A stretch of DNA of 48,864 nt from IMG/VR virus record IMGVR_UViG_3300017758_000014, positions 1 to 48,864 of that record. One strand, written 5' to 3'. This DNA is from a virus. Taxonomy: Duplodnaviria; Caudoviricetes. Of this stretch, positions 1 through 9,501 are shown in pieces (positions within the stretch are counted from its first letter, which is position 1; each line of letters starts with the position of its first letter). The translations under genes were made by a program, and so were the position numbers. Below the pieces are notes generated by a model. It had not been told where the DNA came from. It ran no database searches and saw only the letters and a program-made list of their open reading frames with translations.

Positions 1-68
1 TGAAATTTACCGATTATCTCAGCACCATTAATTAATTGAATTGTAACAACATCATTTACTTTAAGCAT
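1..68 (-). CDS. 5' part of a small protein, possibly Sm/LSm-like fold (truncated by window edge)
   Basis: Not in the ORF track. Read manually from ATG at 68: MLKVNDVVTIQLINGAEIIGKF..., overlapping the stop of the upstream gene. The VTIxLxxGxEIIG pattern resembles Sm-like proteins of T4-like phages. Confidence 0.5.
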   Translation of the reverse strand, partial: MLKVNDVVTIQLINGAEIIGKF

Positions 69-720
69 TTAAAATCTCATATTCATTATTGTAATTATGT
101 TTTGCAACACATCCCTCAGTGTTTTGTATTGTACTGAATGTGTCTCTTGCCTCACAAACCCATGGAGAATATTCTTGAATCCACGGGAAGTAATGTCTAT
201 TTAAAAATAGATCAGTAGGTCTTGCTCGTTCTCTCGCGGTTTCCATTAATGCAAATGCACCCTCTGGTTTGATTATGTATCCATGGGCACCACCGAAATA
301 TTCTTTTTGTGATAAGTTTCCGACACCTATGAAGTTTGGTATCTCAAACCCACCATACGAAGGTCTTGAGAAAGTCATCACTTTCATGAAATTTACATCA
401 ATAGGAATCTTACCAGTGACAATAGCATCATGTTCAAACACAACTGTTGGTATTCCTGAAAATGCACACATCTCCCAAATTTTATAATGCGACATAAACG
501 CTGCTAAAACATTGTAGAGTCTTGAGTATTTCTCTTCAAACATGTCAATGTTCATGTTCATACCCATCATCATTTCCCTTGGGCGATCTGCTGGTGTCAC
601 TGCTTTAAATTTTTGTACATCAATCTCTCCCCACCTCTTTGCGGATCTGATGCATTTATTTGCTGCATTTTGAGACTGTTCGTGATCTTCAATAGCAATC
701 ACATATGCTTCATAATTCAT
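61..720 (-). CDS. Glycosyltransferase, GT25-like
   Basis: FKAVTP, AAFMSHYKIWE, VVFEHDA and GAHGYIIKPEGA...PTD match the GT25 (Lex2B/LgtB) pattern SH..lW...ilEDD...aY.i...A. Confidence 0.8.
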   Translation of the reverse strand: MNYEAYVIAIEDHEQSQNAANKCIRSAKRWGEIDVQKFKAVTPADRPREMMMGMNMNIDMFEEKYSRLYNVLAAFMSHYKIWEMCAFSGIPTVVFEHDAIVTGKIPIDVNFMKVMTFSRPSYGGFEIPNFIGVGNLSQKEYFGGAHGYIIKPEGAFALMETARERARPTDLFLNRHYFPWIQEYSPWVCEARDTFSTIQNTEGCVAKHNYNNEYEILNA

Positions 721-723
721 ATC

Positions 724-1419
724 TTATCCTGTCGTCGTAGACGGTAATCCTTGAACCTTAGTGTAAAAGGTTCGAGTGACTCCCATTTTAGGAATAATTT
801 GTTTACACATTAGTGCATCATTTGGCCATCCGCCAAATCGTTTTGCCGCATCAAGAACATTTTTTGCTCCATCAGGTTTTATTATATAGGCACTGTTTCC
901 AGCAAGACCTTGCGGAACATTGAACTCATCAATATCCGGAACCTGCTGAATCTCTTGAGGGTGTTCTTTTATCATATCGTGAAACAGTTTTGCTTTACGT
1001 GTCGCCATTAAGGGGTTATTGATACCAATGATGTCGAATTTAGATTCAAGGATATAATCATAATTTAATTTCTGTAAGAACAAAGAATCATGTTCGAGTA
1101 CAAGAATGGGTTCATCACGTTTGATACATTCATGCCACAATCTAAAGTGACTCATGAAACAAGCAATACGACGTTCTTTATACGCTGTTGGGTATGATTT
1201 CAAAGTCATCCCCGAAGCAATATCAATTTTCTCACCTTCCCAAGGATATGTCCACTTGATACCATTACCTGCCAAAGATACGTTTGCAAACTCAGGTGTT
1301 GTCGCTTCAAACCTTTCTACTTTAAAATCGTTCTTGACTTTCTTAGAAGATCTCTCTAAATTTTTAAAACCTGTTTCGGATGTTTCTACACCTTTAACTA
1401 CGATAGCAAATGCTTTCAT
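724..1419 (-). CDS. Glycosyltransferase, GT25-like
   Basis: RIACFMSHFRLWHEC, ILVLEHDS and GNSAYIIKPDGAK...PND motifs; paralogue of the neighbouring gene. Confidence 0.85.
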   Translation of the reverse strand: MKAFAIVVKGVETSETGFKNLERSSKKVKNDFKVERFEATTPEFANVSLAGNGIKWTYPWEGEKIDIASGMTLKSYPTAYKERRIACFMSHFRLWHECIKRDEPILVLEHDSLFLQKLNYDYILESKFDIIGINNPLMATRKAKLFHDMIKEHPQEIQQVPDIDEFNVPQGLAGNSAYIIKPDGAKNVLDAAKRFGGWPNDALMCKQIIPKMGVTRTFYTKVQGLPSTTTG

Positions 1420-2150
1420 TTCACCACTCCTCTTTTCACTTGATCGAGGAATATCCCTCTACCATTACCGCCAGCAAAATGGACAAAATTCACATTAGAG
1501 TAATCATCTGTTCTCACATATACACCAGTCATATAATTCCAACTCTCATCAAGAACAAAAGATTTATCAGGATTCAGAGAACGCCATTCATTCATATATG
1601 CTTGATCAGTATGAATCATTGGTAGGTCTCTGTTTATAATTTTCTTTTGAACAAATTTACATATTTTAGAACCTGTTGGTCCATCAACGATTTGAACTCC
1701 ACCGTTGATAAATTTATCATGGGGAAGTTTATATTTACTTCTAAACTCTGCCCATGGTTTCCCTAGATCAACACAACCAGCGTGACCTTTGACCTCAGGA
1801 ACTGGTGAAGCGTGATCAGGTATCCAAACATCACAATCTAAAGAAACAATCCTGTCATACCCTTCTATCCCCATATTTAAATATCGAATCAAAGTTGAGC
1901 ATTTGTTTTTACCACCACCCGAATAATCATGATCTTTTGACTTTGTATTTCTATTGAAATATGTGATGTCAAAATCTTCAGGATACTCGGTAATCATTTT
2001 GTAATCGTAATCGTGTTTTTCTGCATAACGTTTAACACTAGGGATACAAATATCACGAAACAATTTTGCACTTTCTTTTGCATCAGGAATGCTGTCGTAA
2101 ACATATGCAGCAGTGTTCCCCACTTGAACCTGTACAACCAACGTTTTCAT
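1416..2150 (-). CDS. GT-A fold glycosyltransferase (GT8/GT34-like)
   Basis: DxD motif (SLDCDVW), INGGV, TDQAYMN, WNY and FVHFAG. Start placed at ATG 2150 (ATGA overlap with the upstream stop). Confidence 0.75.
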   Translation of the reverse strand: MKTLVVQVQVGNTAAYVYDSIPDAKESAKLFRDICIPSVKRYAEKHDYDYKMITEYPEDFDITYFNRNTKSKDHDYSGGGKNKCSTLIRYLNMGIEGYDRIVSLDCDVWIPDHASPVPEVKGHAGCVDLGKPWAEFRSKYKLPHDKFINGGVQIVDGPTGSKICKFVQKKIINRDLPMIHTDQAYMNEWRSLNPDKSFVLDESWNYMTGVYVRTDDYSNVNFVHFAGGNGRGIFLDQVKRGVVK

Positions 2151-2947
2151 TTTAGCATCTCCAAACACTTTTCATACACCATATCAACACTTATGTATTC
2201 GTTTGCTTCGAGGCAATGTGGGCAACTGTATGTTGCTCCGCATGGTGTTTGAGGGTGATCATATCCTATGTGTTTATGGATATCATAAGACATTTGACGA
2301 GGCATAATTAACCCACCCTGAATCACTGTCATTGGTATCTCAAAACCAGCAAAGATATGCATAAGCAATCCATCATAAGACGCACCACCCTTCGCATGCG
2401 CCATAACAGAAACTGATCTTCGGATATCAGTGATTTGAGTGTTCAGCGCATTTTTTAGATCAGGTTCTCTATAATTATTTCCAGGGTGAATTCTCACAAT
2501 TGGAATATGCTTTGAAAGTTTATCAGTAAGTTCTTGCCACTTTTTAAATCCCCAGTTTTTATTCTCTGAAAAAAATGTAGATTTGTAATCGGGATTTATC
2601 AAGAAAAAACTCTCTGGGATTCTAAGTTCTCTCATGGCATTTTTTGCCCACGACTTTTCTTCTTTACTTAACCTGATTCTAAATGGTGTTGGTTTGAAAT
2701 CATTCCATACCATTTTTTCACCTAATATGGTTTTCTCTTTTCCTTTAACATAATAATCTACATGACGGTCAGAATTGCGGGAGGTGTCTCGCGCATTGAC
2801 TGTTAATCCGCCATCTTTAACTAGGAACTCAACGTTTTTATATAAAGGACTCCACCCAGAACCATATAGAGGTGTAATCTTTTTTCCAGTCTCTTTGTAT
2901 ATTTCCTCTGCTTTTCCTAGAAATATAACATCATCACCTAATCCCAC
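2147..2947 (-). CDS. GT-B fold glycosyltransferase, GT9 (heptosyltransferase)-like
   Basis: N-terminal GLGDD, KNWG..KW..L, DGLLMHIFA and a C-terminal PCG...CPHC..I.VD.V, all typical of GT9. Confidence 0.75.
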   Translation of the reverse strand: MGLGDDVIFLGKAEEIYKETGKKITPLYGSGWSPLYKNVEFLVKDGGLTVNARDTSRNSDRHVDYYVKGKEKTILGEKMVWNDFKPTPFRIRLSKEEKSWAKNAMRELRIPESFFLINPDYKSTFFSENKNWGFKKWQELTDKLSKHIPIVRIHPGNNYREPDLKNALNTQITDIRRSVSVMAHAKGGASYDGLLMHIFAGFEIPMTVIQGGLIMPRQMSYDIHKHIGYDHPQTPCGATYSCPHCLEANEYISVDMVYEKCLEMLK

Positions 2948-3651
2948 AACTCTGTCCTCGCAAAATATTCTATTTCACCTTGTGATGGAGTTTCACAATA
3001 ATTCATTTTTGCACCTCTCCGGAATATTTCCCTTGCCATAAAAGCAACGTTCCAGTCATCCGGAAATCTGACATCATTATACCTGTTTCTGATGTTAATG
3101 TAAACATGAATCTTTTCTATTGACATCAAAAACTTAGCAATATGCATCATGCCCGAGTCTGCGCCAATATGATAATCAGCACCTGCCATTATTGCTATAG
3201 TATCATCCAAAGGCATTTTTCCGTTTCCGACATCAATTAATTCATATCCAAGATCCTGATAGTAATGCTGGATTTTACCGATACGATGCGGTTCAAGTTT
3301 TCGATACTTTTGTTTTGCGTCCCATTGCGTGGTGATATATTTCTCAGGCAATGGTATTTTTGTTTTTGGAATATTTAATGCAGGTGGAATCTTTTCAAAT
3401 TGTTTTGAGCAATCGCTATAAAATTTTTGATCTTTAGTGTTACTGTATTCTATAACTGTGCCACTGATGGGTCGATTTACATGAACATAACCCCAACCGA
3501 TAAAATTCTTAAAATAATCTAGTAGAGGAGAATCTGGAGAGTAGATATTAACAGGTTCTCTGTTGATGACACTTATCATGCATCCAAGAAAAACTGCATC
3601 TAATTGATCACCCAAAGGTTTTGGGCGTTGTAAAACATCTAATGTAATCAT
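2938..3651 (-). CDS. GT9-like glycosyltransferase
   Basis: PLGDQL at the N-terminus and L..TIAIMAGADYHIGADSGMMHIA (GT9 DSG.MHlA signature). Confidence 0.7.
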   Translation of the reverse strand: MITLDVLQRPKPLGDQLDAVFLGCMISVINREPVNIYSPDSPLLDYFKNFIGWGYVHVNRPISGTVIEYSNTKDQKFYSDCSKQFEKIPPALNIPKTKIPLPEKYITTQWDAKQKYRKLEPHRIGKIQHYYQDLGYELIDVGNGKMPLDDTIAIMAGADYHIGADSGMMHIAKFLMSIEKIHVYINIRNRYNDVRFPDDWNVAFMAREIFRRGAKMNYCETPSQGEIEYFARTELWD

Positions 3652-4322
3652 GTTCCGTATGACGTGCTAAGATTAACTTCAGCGAATTTAACAGGTGATG
3701 GGAGTACGACTTGAATATTAACATTGTATGAGTTAATCATAAAGTCACTTTGATCGAAACCATATACATCTACAGCGGAAAGCAACCTCTTTGCTCCCTT
3801 CGGTGTTAATGCATAAGCACCTGTTCCTGGTGCCATATCAGAATCTTTCCAAGAATTTTCCCTGTAATATTTTAAAGGATAATCGTCAGGAAGATCCGTG
3901 ACTCCAAACCCAGACCATTCAAAATTTTTGTATTGTTGAAGAGCAAGTTTATTTGGTGGTCGAAATACAAACTCACCGTTTAAAATAAGATATTCATCGA
4001 ACTCATAGTCTGCCCATGGCATAGTGACTACTGCATCATGTTCGAGAAATATCATTGTTTCGTTTTGTTTGACGACCCTTTCCCAAAATTTGATATGGTT
4101 ATGAGCGCATGCACATTTTGTTAAAAACCTATTAGCATTTTCTTTTTTAAAATTATGGAGTCTGCTCTCTTGAATTATATTACGCTGAACATGAATTGTG
4201 TTTTTTGTAAATCCTTCTACAAGTTCAGGTTTTAATCCATTCTTCCACGCTGATTTGTAAGCAGCGTTTGCTTGTTTTTCGGAACCTTCGTGCCCTTTAA
4301 CATAAACAATTTGCGCTTTCAC
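3648..4322 (-). CDS. Glycosyltransferase, GT25-like
   Basis: CACAHNHIKFWE, IFLEHDA and GTGAYALTPKGAKRLL...SD motifs. Confidence 0.8.
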   Translation of the reverse strand: MKAQIVYVKGHEGSEKQANAAYKSAWKNGLKPELVEGFTKNTIHVQRNIIQESRLHNFKKENANRFLTKCACAHNHIKFWERVVKQNETMIFLEHDAVVTMPWADYEFDEYLILNGEFVFRPPNKLALQQYKNFEWSGFGVTDLPDDYPLKYYRENSWKDSDMAPGTGAYALTPKGAKRLLSAVDVYGFDQSDFMINSYNVNIQVVLPSPVKFAEVNLSTSYGT

Positions 4323-4948
4323 TTTTTCAACCTTATAATATAAGAATCAGGTTCTCCGGATTTTTTACGAAGATCAAACTTTACGATTTTAAGATCTGAC
4401 ATCTCAAGAGTAGTCAAGAATTCATTATTCACTGCTGAATTATAGACCTCAGGTTTTGCACGCAACCAATAATGGTCTAGTTCATCACCATACATGATAT
4501 GAAGTGGCCAGACATCTTCGATGAAATATTCACCACCATCTGCTAAAAAAGGACTCGCTTGTGTAAAGGTTAGCATATTTGCTAGTGGGGTGTGTTTACC
4601 ATCATCTATGATGTAATCAAACTTGATATCCTCACCGAATGCTTCTTTAATTTTTTCACCAAAGTTTTCACTCGTAGAGTCTGCTTTAACAAACTTGCAA
4701 CGATCAAATTTATAAGGTTTGATCGTTTCCATAGTAAACCGTTCAAAAACATCAGCACCATATAAGTTAGCATTTGGAAAATACTTATGGAGTGCCATCG
4801 TACTAGAACCTTGGTAAACACCAATTTCTAATATATTAATTTTTTGGTCTCTGCGTTTTTTAAATGATTTCTCATAAACTTCTTCATAACCATGCTTTGA
4901 TGTTTTATCAGTTTGAAATAAATTGAATAAATCACCCAACTCAGACAT
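4319..4948 (-). CDS. Class I SAM-dependent methyltransferase (sugar O-methyltransferase-like)
   Basis: TDK...HGY...Y, ILEIGV..GSS, FDYIIDDGKH and GGEYFIEDV; resembles rhamnosyl/mycinose O-methyltransferase-type enzymes. Confidence 0.8.
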   Translation of the reverse strand: MSELGDLFNLFQTDKTSKHGYEEVYEKSFKKRRDQKINILEIGVYQGSSTMALHKYFPNANLYGADVFERFTMETIKPYKFDRCKFVKADSTSENFGEKIKEAFGEDIKFDYIIDDGKHTPLANMLTFTQASPFLADGGEYFIEDVWPLHIMYGDELDHYWLRAKPEVYNSAVNNEFLTTLEMSDLKIVKFDLRKKSGEPDSYIIRLKK

Positions 4949-5583
4949 TATGTTCTCCTAATGTAAATATTATCATAACCAAATCTTTTGATATGTTTAT
5001 ACCCCAAACTATCTAGAAGTCTGTGTGAATGTTTGGAAGGTTTTGTTGGATGCTCATATTTCGTTAAGAACTCAACCATAATCACTGGAGAGTTATTAGT
5101 TAAAGTTTCGAGTGCTCCATTCAAAACAAAATACTCATAACTCTCTACATCGATTTTTATAAAGTCGATATTGATGAATTCAAAACTATCAAGCGTCTTG
5201 ATGTCTATCGTTCTTGTTTTCGTGCTTTCTAATTTCATCCACTTTTCTCTTGCCTTATGAGGGACAATAGTGGAACCGCCAGTCTTTTTTTCCATTATGT
5301 ACATGGTCTCGGTTTTTTCTTCATCACCTAATCCATATGGATACACGCGAACGTTAGGAAGATCTCGAGTATTTAATTCTGTCCAATAATGAAACGATGG
5401 TTCAAATGTAGAGACTTGTGTGAAGTGCTCAGCAAACATACGAGACATTGCACCCATATGCCCACCAATATCAAGAGCATGTCTAGTCTTTACAAGTTGA
5501 GATTTCGAAAACTCCCATGCTTTTTTCTCATCCGCATAATCTCTTCTTTCGATATCTCCAGGTGGTGATTGAAAATTAAACAT
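4948..5583 (-). CDS. FkbM-family methyltransferase
   Basis: ALDIGGHMG, FEP, TLDSF, IDFIKIDVESYE..VL.GA and PVIMVE. Confidence 0.9.
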   Translation of the reverse strand: MFNFQSPPGDIERRDYADEKKAWEFSKSQLVKTRHALDIGGHMGAMSRMFAEHFTQVSTFEPSFHYWTELNTRDLPNVRVYPYGLGDEEKTETMYIMEKKTGGSTIVPHKAREKWMKLESTKTRTIDIKTLDSFEFINIDFIKIDVESYEYFVLNGALETLTNNSPVIMVEFLTKYEHPTKPSKHSHRLLDSLGYKHIKRFGYDNIYIRRT

Positions 5584-6364
5584 CCACTATCCTCATAAGT
5601 TCTTCGACATTCTCACCTTTATTGGGAAGTTTGTCTTTCAAGAAAAAGTGCACAAAATATGCGTCCTTTAAATTCTTATTATCTATAGCAGTGTACAATG
5701 TATTATATTTCCATGAGAGTGGTTGCTCAACCATATTCTCTTTTCGAACCCAATAGTTCAACAAAGTTTGATCAGTCGACCACTTCCATGCTCCCTGTCC
5801 ATCAACAAAGTCTTTAAACTCAGCACGCTGAATAAATTCTTTACCGCTATCCCCACGAAGATATTTCACTATTTTTTTATCCATGAGCATAAGACCCATG
5901 TTATAAAAACGACCACCACTTTTACCGAATTGCCAATCAATCTTATTGAGCGGTTGGTATTGCATCCGAGTGTAATTTACAAGTTTTTGTTTATACCAAT
6001 CGAGCAGTGGAAGGTCACGTTCAAGCACACCTGCGAATTCAGTATCGTCATTCAGTTCTTCAAAAATGTTTGGAGCATCTGGTCGAATCCAAATGTCTGC
6101 ATCGACAATACAGATTTGATCGTATGTATCCCAATGATCAAACGCATTTTCTTTTTCGTAAATAGGGAGGAACCCACCATATTTCTCATAAGACTCTTTG
6201 CTTCGATTAGTCACGAAGACATCAGGTTTGATTTTCATGATAGGGTGTTTTTGAATTCGGTGGTCGATTCCGTGACGTTCACAATATTTCATCACGGAAT
6301 CTGTACACCAATCATACAATTTAGAAGGTGCACCAGTGTACACCTGATATATCAATCTTTTCAT
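5576..6364 (-). CDS. GT-A fold glycosyltransferase (GT8-like)
   Basis: VDADIW (DxD), YNMGLM, TDQTLLNY, KYN and FVHFF. Start moved to ATG 6364 (MKRLIYQ). Confidence 0.8.
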   Translation of the reverse strand: MKRLIYQVYTGAPSKLYDWCTDSVMKYCERHGIDHRIQKHPIMKIKPDVFVTNRSKESYEKYGGFLPIYEKENAFDHWDTYDQICIVDADIWIRPDAPNIFEELNDDTEFAGVLERDLPLLDWYKQKLVNYTRMQYQPLNKIDWQFGKSGGRFYNMGLMLMDKKIVKYLRGDSGKEFIQRAEFKDFVDGQGAWKWSTDQTLLNYWVRKENMVEQPLSWKYNTLYTAIDNKNLKDAYFVHFFLKDKLPNKGENVEELMRIVDV

Positions 6365-6374
6365 TTCACATCGT

Positions 6375-6719
6375 TTACTTTTTTGGGTTTGTCCTTGACT
6401 TTTGGTATGCTTGTGCACCAAAGAAAGCACCAACTAATGCTGAGATTGCAACAAAATATGTTGGTGCAATATCTGCCAATAATTGTCCTGTGGTATCATA
6501 TCCGATAATATCAGCAACGACGATGCCGACGGGATATACTAATAATCCCCATAAAGCAAACCACGCCATACGACGGATTTGATCTTCTTTCTTATCTTCA
6601 TTATCAGCACGCATCATTTCTCTTTCTAATGCAAACTCTTCATCAGTAATGACGCCATCGCCATCTTTATCGAAATGATCATACTTCGATCCAGGTTCTA
6701 GTTGCTTCTGCGCATTCAT
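6375..6719 (-). CDS. Small two-TM membrane protein with an N-terminal EF-hand-like loop
   Basis: DKDGDGVITDEE loop followed by two hydrophobic segments and a basic C-terminus. Confidence 0.65.
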   Translation of the reverse strand: MNAQKQLEPGSKYDHFDKDGDGVITDEEFALEREMMRADNEDKKEDQIRRMAWFALWGLLVYPVGIVVADIIGYDTTGQLLADIAPTYFVAISALVGAFFGAQAYQKSRTNPKK

Positions 6720-6912
6720 TTGCGTAATCCTTTATCTTTATTGCGACTTCCATCGCATCTGAAAAACCATTACGAAGTGAATTCGATCTGTGACCGTTTT
6801 CAATAAACCAATCTACAGTATCTATACAGGATCCTTTATCCATCTGAAATCCTCGAGTCAACTCTTCGAACAACTCGCGATGTCTTAAATTTTCCATAAA
6901 AGATGTTGACAT
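6679..6912 (-). CDS. Hypothetical protein
   Basis: 77 aa ORF abutting the upstream stop within a co-oriented operon. Confidence 0.6.
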   Translation of the reverse strand: MSTSFMENLRHRELFEELTRGFQMDKGSCIDTVDWFIENGHRSNSLRNGFSDAMEVAIKIKDYANECAEATRTWIEV

Positions 6913-7446
6913 TCAGTATTTCCTTTTTTCAAGTGCTTGTCGTATCTCACTGAACAGATATTCTAAATCATCTTGATCCGCTTGAAAGCGAATACCGATG
7001 CCACCTGCATTATTGAAACGCATGATGTTTTCAGGTTTATCGTCAATAAGGATGTTAGGACGTGAGTCCATCTTTGAGAAAGCATATTTATGCTTATTAG
7101 ATGTGAAGATACAATCCTCAACCTCAGGCATGAAACCCATTCGAATCAACCAGTTTCTTTTATGCCAAGCGGAGTTCATCGTATCACCCCTCATCGGAGA
7201 AGAACAGATACCCCACTTGATATCATTTTCCCATGCTGCCATTTTGACATAGGTAACGATTTTAGAAGAACGGTTAGATTTATCATCATCGAAGAAACAG
7301 GGAAGTGTGTCAAAGAAATCAGTGTTTGCTAGTTCAGCAAACCTTACTTCTTTATCTTGAATAGACTTCCAATGCGTAACATCAAAACGTCTAGCGACTT
7401 CACTGAAAAAATCGGCAATCACGCCATCCATATCCAAATAAATCAT
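6913..7446 (-). CDS. HAD-family 5'(3')-deoxyribonucleotidase
   Basis: IYLDMDGVIADF (HAD motif I), K..W and ILIDD...N. Start at ATG 7446, preceded by GAGGAG. Confidence 0.85.
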   Translation of the reverse strand: MIYLDMDGVIADFFSEVARRFDVTHWKSIQDKEVRFAELANTDFFDTLPCFFDDDKSNRSSKIVTYVKMAAWENDIKWGICSSPMRGDTMNSAWHKRNWLIRMGFMPEVEDCIFTSNKHKYAFSKMDSRPNILIDDKPENIMRFNNAGGIGIRFQADQDDLEYLFSEIRQALEKRKY

Positions 7447-7475
7447 ATAAAACTCCTCATCTCTATTATACAATG

Positions 7476-7504
7476 ATTATATCACATATCTTACAAGAAG
7501 TAAA
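7476..7504 (-). promoter_or_regulatory. Sigma70-like early promoter
   Basis: Minus strand TTTACT-17 nt-TATAAT with extended -10 TG, in an intergenic gap upstream of the nucleotidase and GT operon. Confidence 0.75.
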
Positions 7505-7513
7505 GGATTTTCT

Positions 7514-8191
7514 TCACGAATGAAACATTTTTCTTCGATTGTATTCTTGGATGGTATCTGTCAAAAGTTTTGTGTAATTATCTCTATGCTCAGTAAATAC
7601 GCAAGGTCGCTCATTGTCAACATCCATAACGATAACTGTGTTTGGAATGGGCATACCTGTTCGTTCTTCATACATGATTGCGTATGCAGATGCCTGAGCA
7701 AAATAATTTGAAATTTTATCTTTAGTCTTTGGCCATCTTGAGGTCTTGAAATCTATAATAGATGGTACACCATTCCATTCTGCTACACAATCACAACGTC
7801 CAGCAAGTCCTAGATGTTTTGAATATAAAGCAACTTCAAGACCAAAGATACGACCAATCCCTTCATCTAAGATCGGTGCAAGATTTTTCAAACTTTGTCT
7901 GATATGAGGGAGAAAGTCTGTTGTGTCCTCGTTCAGTAAATACTTTTCAACAATGGAATGTACAGCAGTCCCACGATTAGATGCGCGATGACCAACTTGA
8001 TTAGCAACATCATCCCCGACTCTCTCTCGCCATTTCCTGATAGAATCTTCATTGATAATACTTAAAACTGTTGTAACGCTAGGATACTTATGACCATCAG
8101 GAGCAGTATATAAGCGACCACTCTTGCCTGTATTCGCAACCAAATCATCATATCCAAGATCAATCTTTTCATGTTCAAACTTCTTCACCAT
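7514..8191 (-). CDS. PD-(D/E)XK exonuclease (phage exonuclease, Cas4-like fold)
   Basis: YPSVTTVL, RGTAVH, E..LYS...AGRCD, IIDFKTS and Q..AY motifs. Confidence 0.85.
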   Translation of the reverse strand: MVKKFEHEKIDLGYDDLVANTGKSGRLYTAPDGHKYPSVTTVLSIINEDSIRKWRERVGDDVANQVGHRASNRGTAVHSIVEKYLLNEDTTDFLPHIRQSLKNLAPILDEGIGRIFGLEVALYSKHLGLAGRCDCVAEWNGVPSIIDFKTSRWPKTKDKISNYFAQASAYAIMYEERTGMPIPNTVIVMDVDNERPCVFTEHRDNYTKLLTDTIQEYNRRKMFHS

Positions 8192-8414
8192 CGTTTATCA
8201 CTTCCAACAATTGTACTTCATCAACGCAAACCACACTTTTTACTGGTCTGCCATCATATTCTTGTGAGGCAAGGTTTATTGCCAGTTGTTTATTCTTATT
8301 TAGAAAACCTCTACATGACCACTCGTCCGGAAAGGGATAAGTCGTAAATGCGAATATGTCAGTGCCGACTGTTGTCGGGGCATTGAACATAATTACGAGA
8401 ATAAACCATTTCAT
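8175..8414 (-). CDS. Small hypothetical protein with hydrophobic N-terminus and a Cys pair
   Basis: MKWFILVIMF... FPDEWSC ... SVVCV; coupled to both neighbours. Confidence 0.6.
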   Translation of the reverse strand: MKWFILVIMFNAPTTVGTDIFAFTTYPFPDEWSCRGFLNKNKQLAINLASQEYDGRPVKSVVCVDEVQLLEVINDGEEV

Positions 8415-8821
8415 GGAATATCATCCCAACCAATCAAATCATTTAACTTTTCTGGATCAAATGTAACGTTTCCTGTGCCGCCAGCAATAAGGCATTGAAA
8501 TCCATTATCTTGGCGTTCAACAACTACAATTTGCTGTTCGTCTGCATCATATAGAATAAAATAATCTACATCAAATTTTCTTCCATCATCTAAGAATGAA
8601 TTACCACGAAATCCTAATAGTGGTTTCATATCATCTTTTTTAATTTGTGCCCACATTCCCATCGCTTGTTCTAGCGGTGTGCACATAACTGGTTTGCCAT
8701 AAAAGTTTGTTGTTCTTTCTTGAGCGTACACAGCAATGTATGTGGATGATATAAAGATAAATAATGCTGCTAAGAATATTTTATCTTTGATAAGTTCTTT
8801 CAAAAGTTTTTTAAACATCAT
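8411..8821 (-). CDS. Hypothetical secreted or membrane-anchored protein
   Basis: Signal-like hydrophobic stretch ending AVYA, plus KPVMC...CLIAGG. Confidence 0.6.
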   Translation of the reverse strand: MMFKKLLKELIKDKIFLAALFIFISSTYIAVYAQERTTNFYGKPVMCTPLEQAMGMWAQIKKDDMKPLLGFRGNSFLDDGRKFDVDYFILYDADEQQIVVVERQDNGFQCLIAGGTGNVTFDPEKLNDLIGWDDIP

Positions 8822-9501
8822 TTCATTCCTAACATTTCCTTTGTCATGATATAATCACGAAGGAAATCTGATCTTACGATATCTTGCCAACCGTATGTGA
8901 TCACACTGAAATTCTTCAGTTGTTCTATGATCCGTAAGAATCTTTGAATTCCACCACGTTCTGATTCATCTTTGAAATCAGATTGGTGGTAGTCTCCGCT
9001 CAGTATGATTCTGCAATTTTCTCCAACTCGTGTGATAACAGAATCAAGTTCATGGAAGTTTAAGTTTTGCATTTCATCAACGATGATAATTGCATTATCG
9101 ATAGTCAACCCTCTGATAAAAGAAGTGGTTGTAAACTCCAACTGATGACTATTTATCAGTTTATTATATGCCGCATTTTCGCCAAATAATTGCTGGCAAA
9201 TTGCTTTATAAGGTGTTTCGAAAACTTCTTTCTTTTCTTCTACTGTTCCAGGCAGGTATCCCATATCTCTTGTAGGGACTACTGAACGAACAATAATGAC
9301 CTTATCGTATTCGGGGTGAACTTTATCTAAAATGCTCTCGAGTGCAAGGTACATTGCAACAAACGTTTTACCTGTACCTGCTGATCCAGCAAGAACTAGA
9401 TTATCACCATCGTCCCATGCTTTATATGCAAGTTCTTGATTTTTAGTTTGTGGTTCAAATTCAAAAAGATCTTCGTAAATTGCTTTTGATTTATTAGTCA
9501 T
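8818..9501 (-). CDS. phoH: PhoH-family ATPase
   Basis: GSAGTGKT (Walker A), GYLPG, FIRGLT, IIVDEMQN, GD..QSD and DIVRS. Confidence 0.95.
   Translation of the reverse strand: MTNKSKAIYEDLFEFEPQTKNQELAYKAWDDGDNLVLAGSAGTGKTFVAMYLALESILDKVHPEYDKVIIVRSVVPTRDMGYLPGTVEEKKEVFETPYKAICQQLFGENAAYNKLINSHQLEFTTTSFIRGLTIDNAIIIVDEMQNLNFHELDSVITRVGENCRIILSGDYHQSDFKDESERGGIQRFLRIIEQLKNFSVITYGWQDIVRSDFLRDYIMTKEMLGMK

Noticed and set aside
5723-6508. 261 aa plus-strand ORF and the many other plus-strand ORFs in the track
   Set aside because: They are antisense shadows of well-supported minus-strand genes, with no recognisable motifs, SD or promoters.
7514-8191. Cas4/CRISPR association of the exonuclease
   Set aside because: No four-Cys Fe-S motif, no other cas genes and no repeat-spacer array seen in the window.
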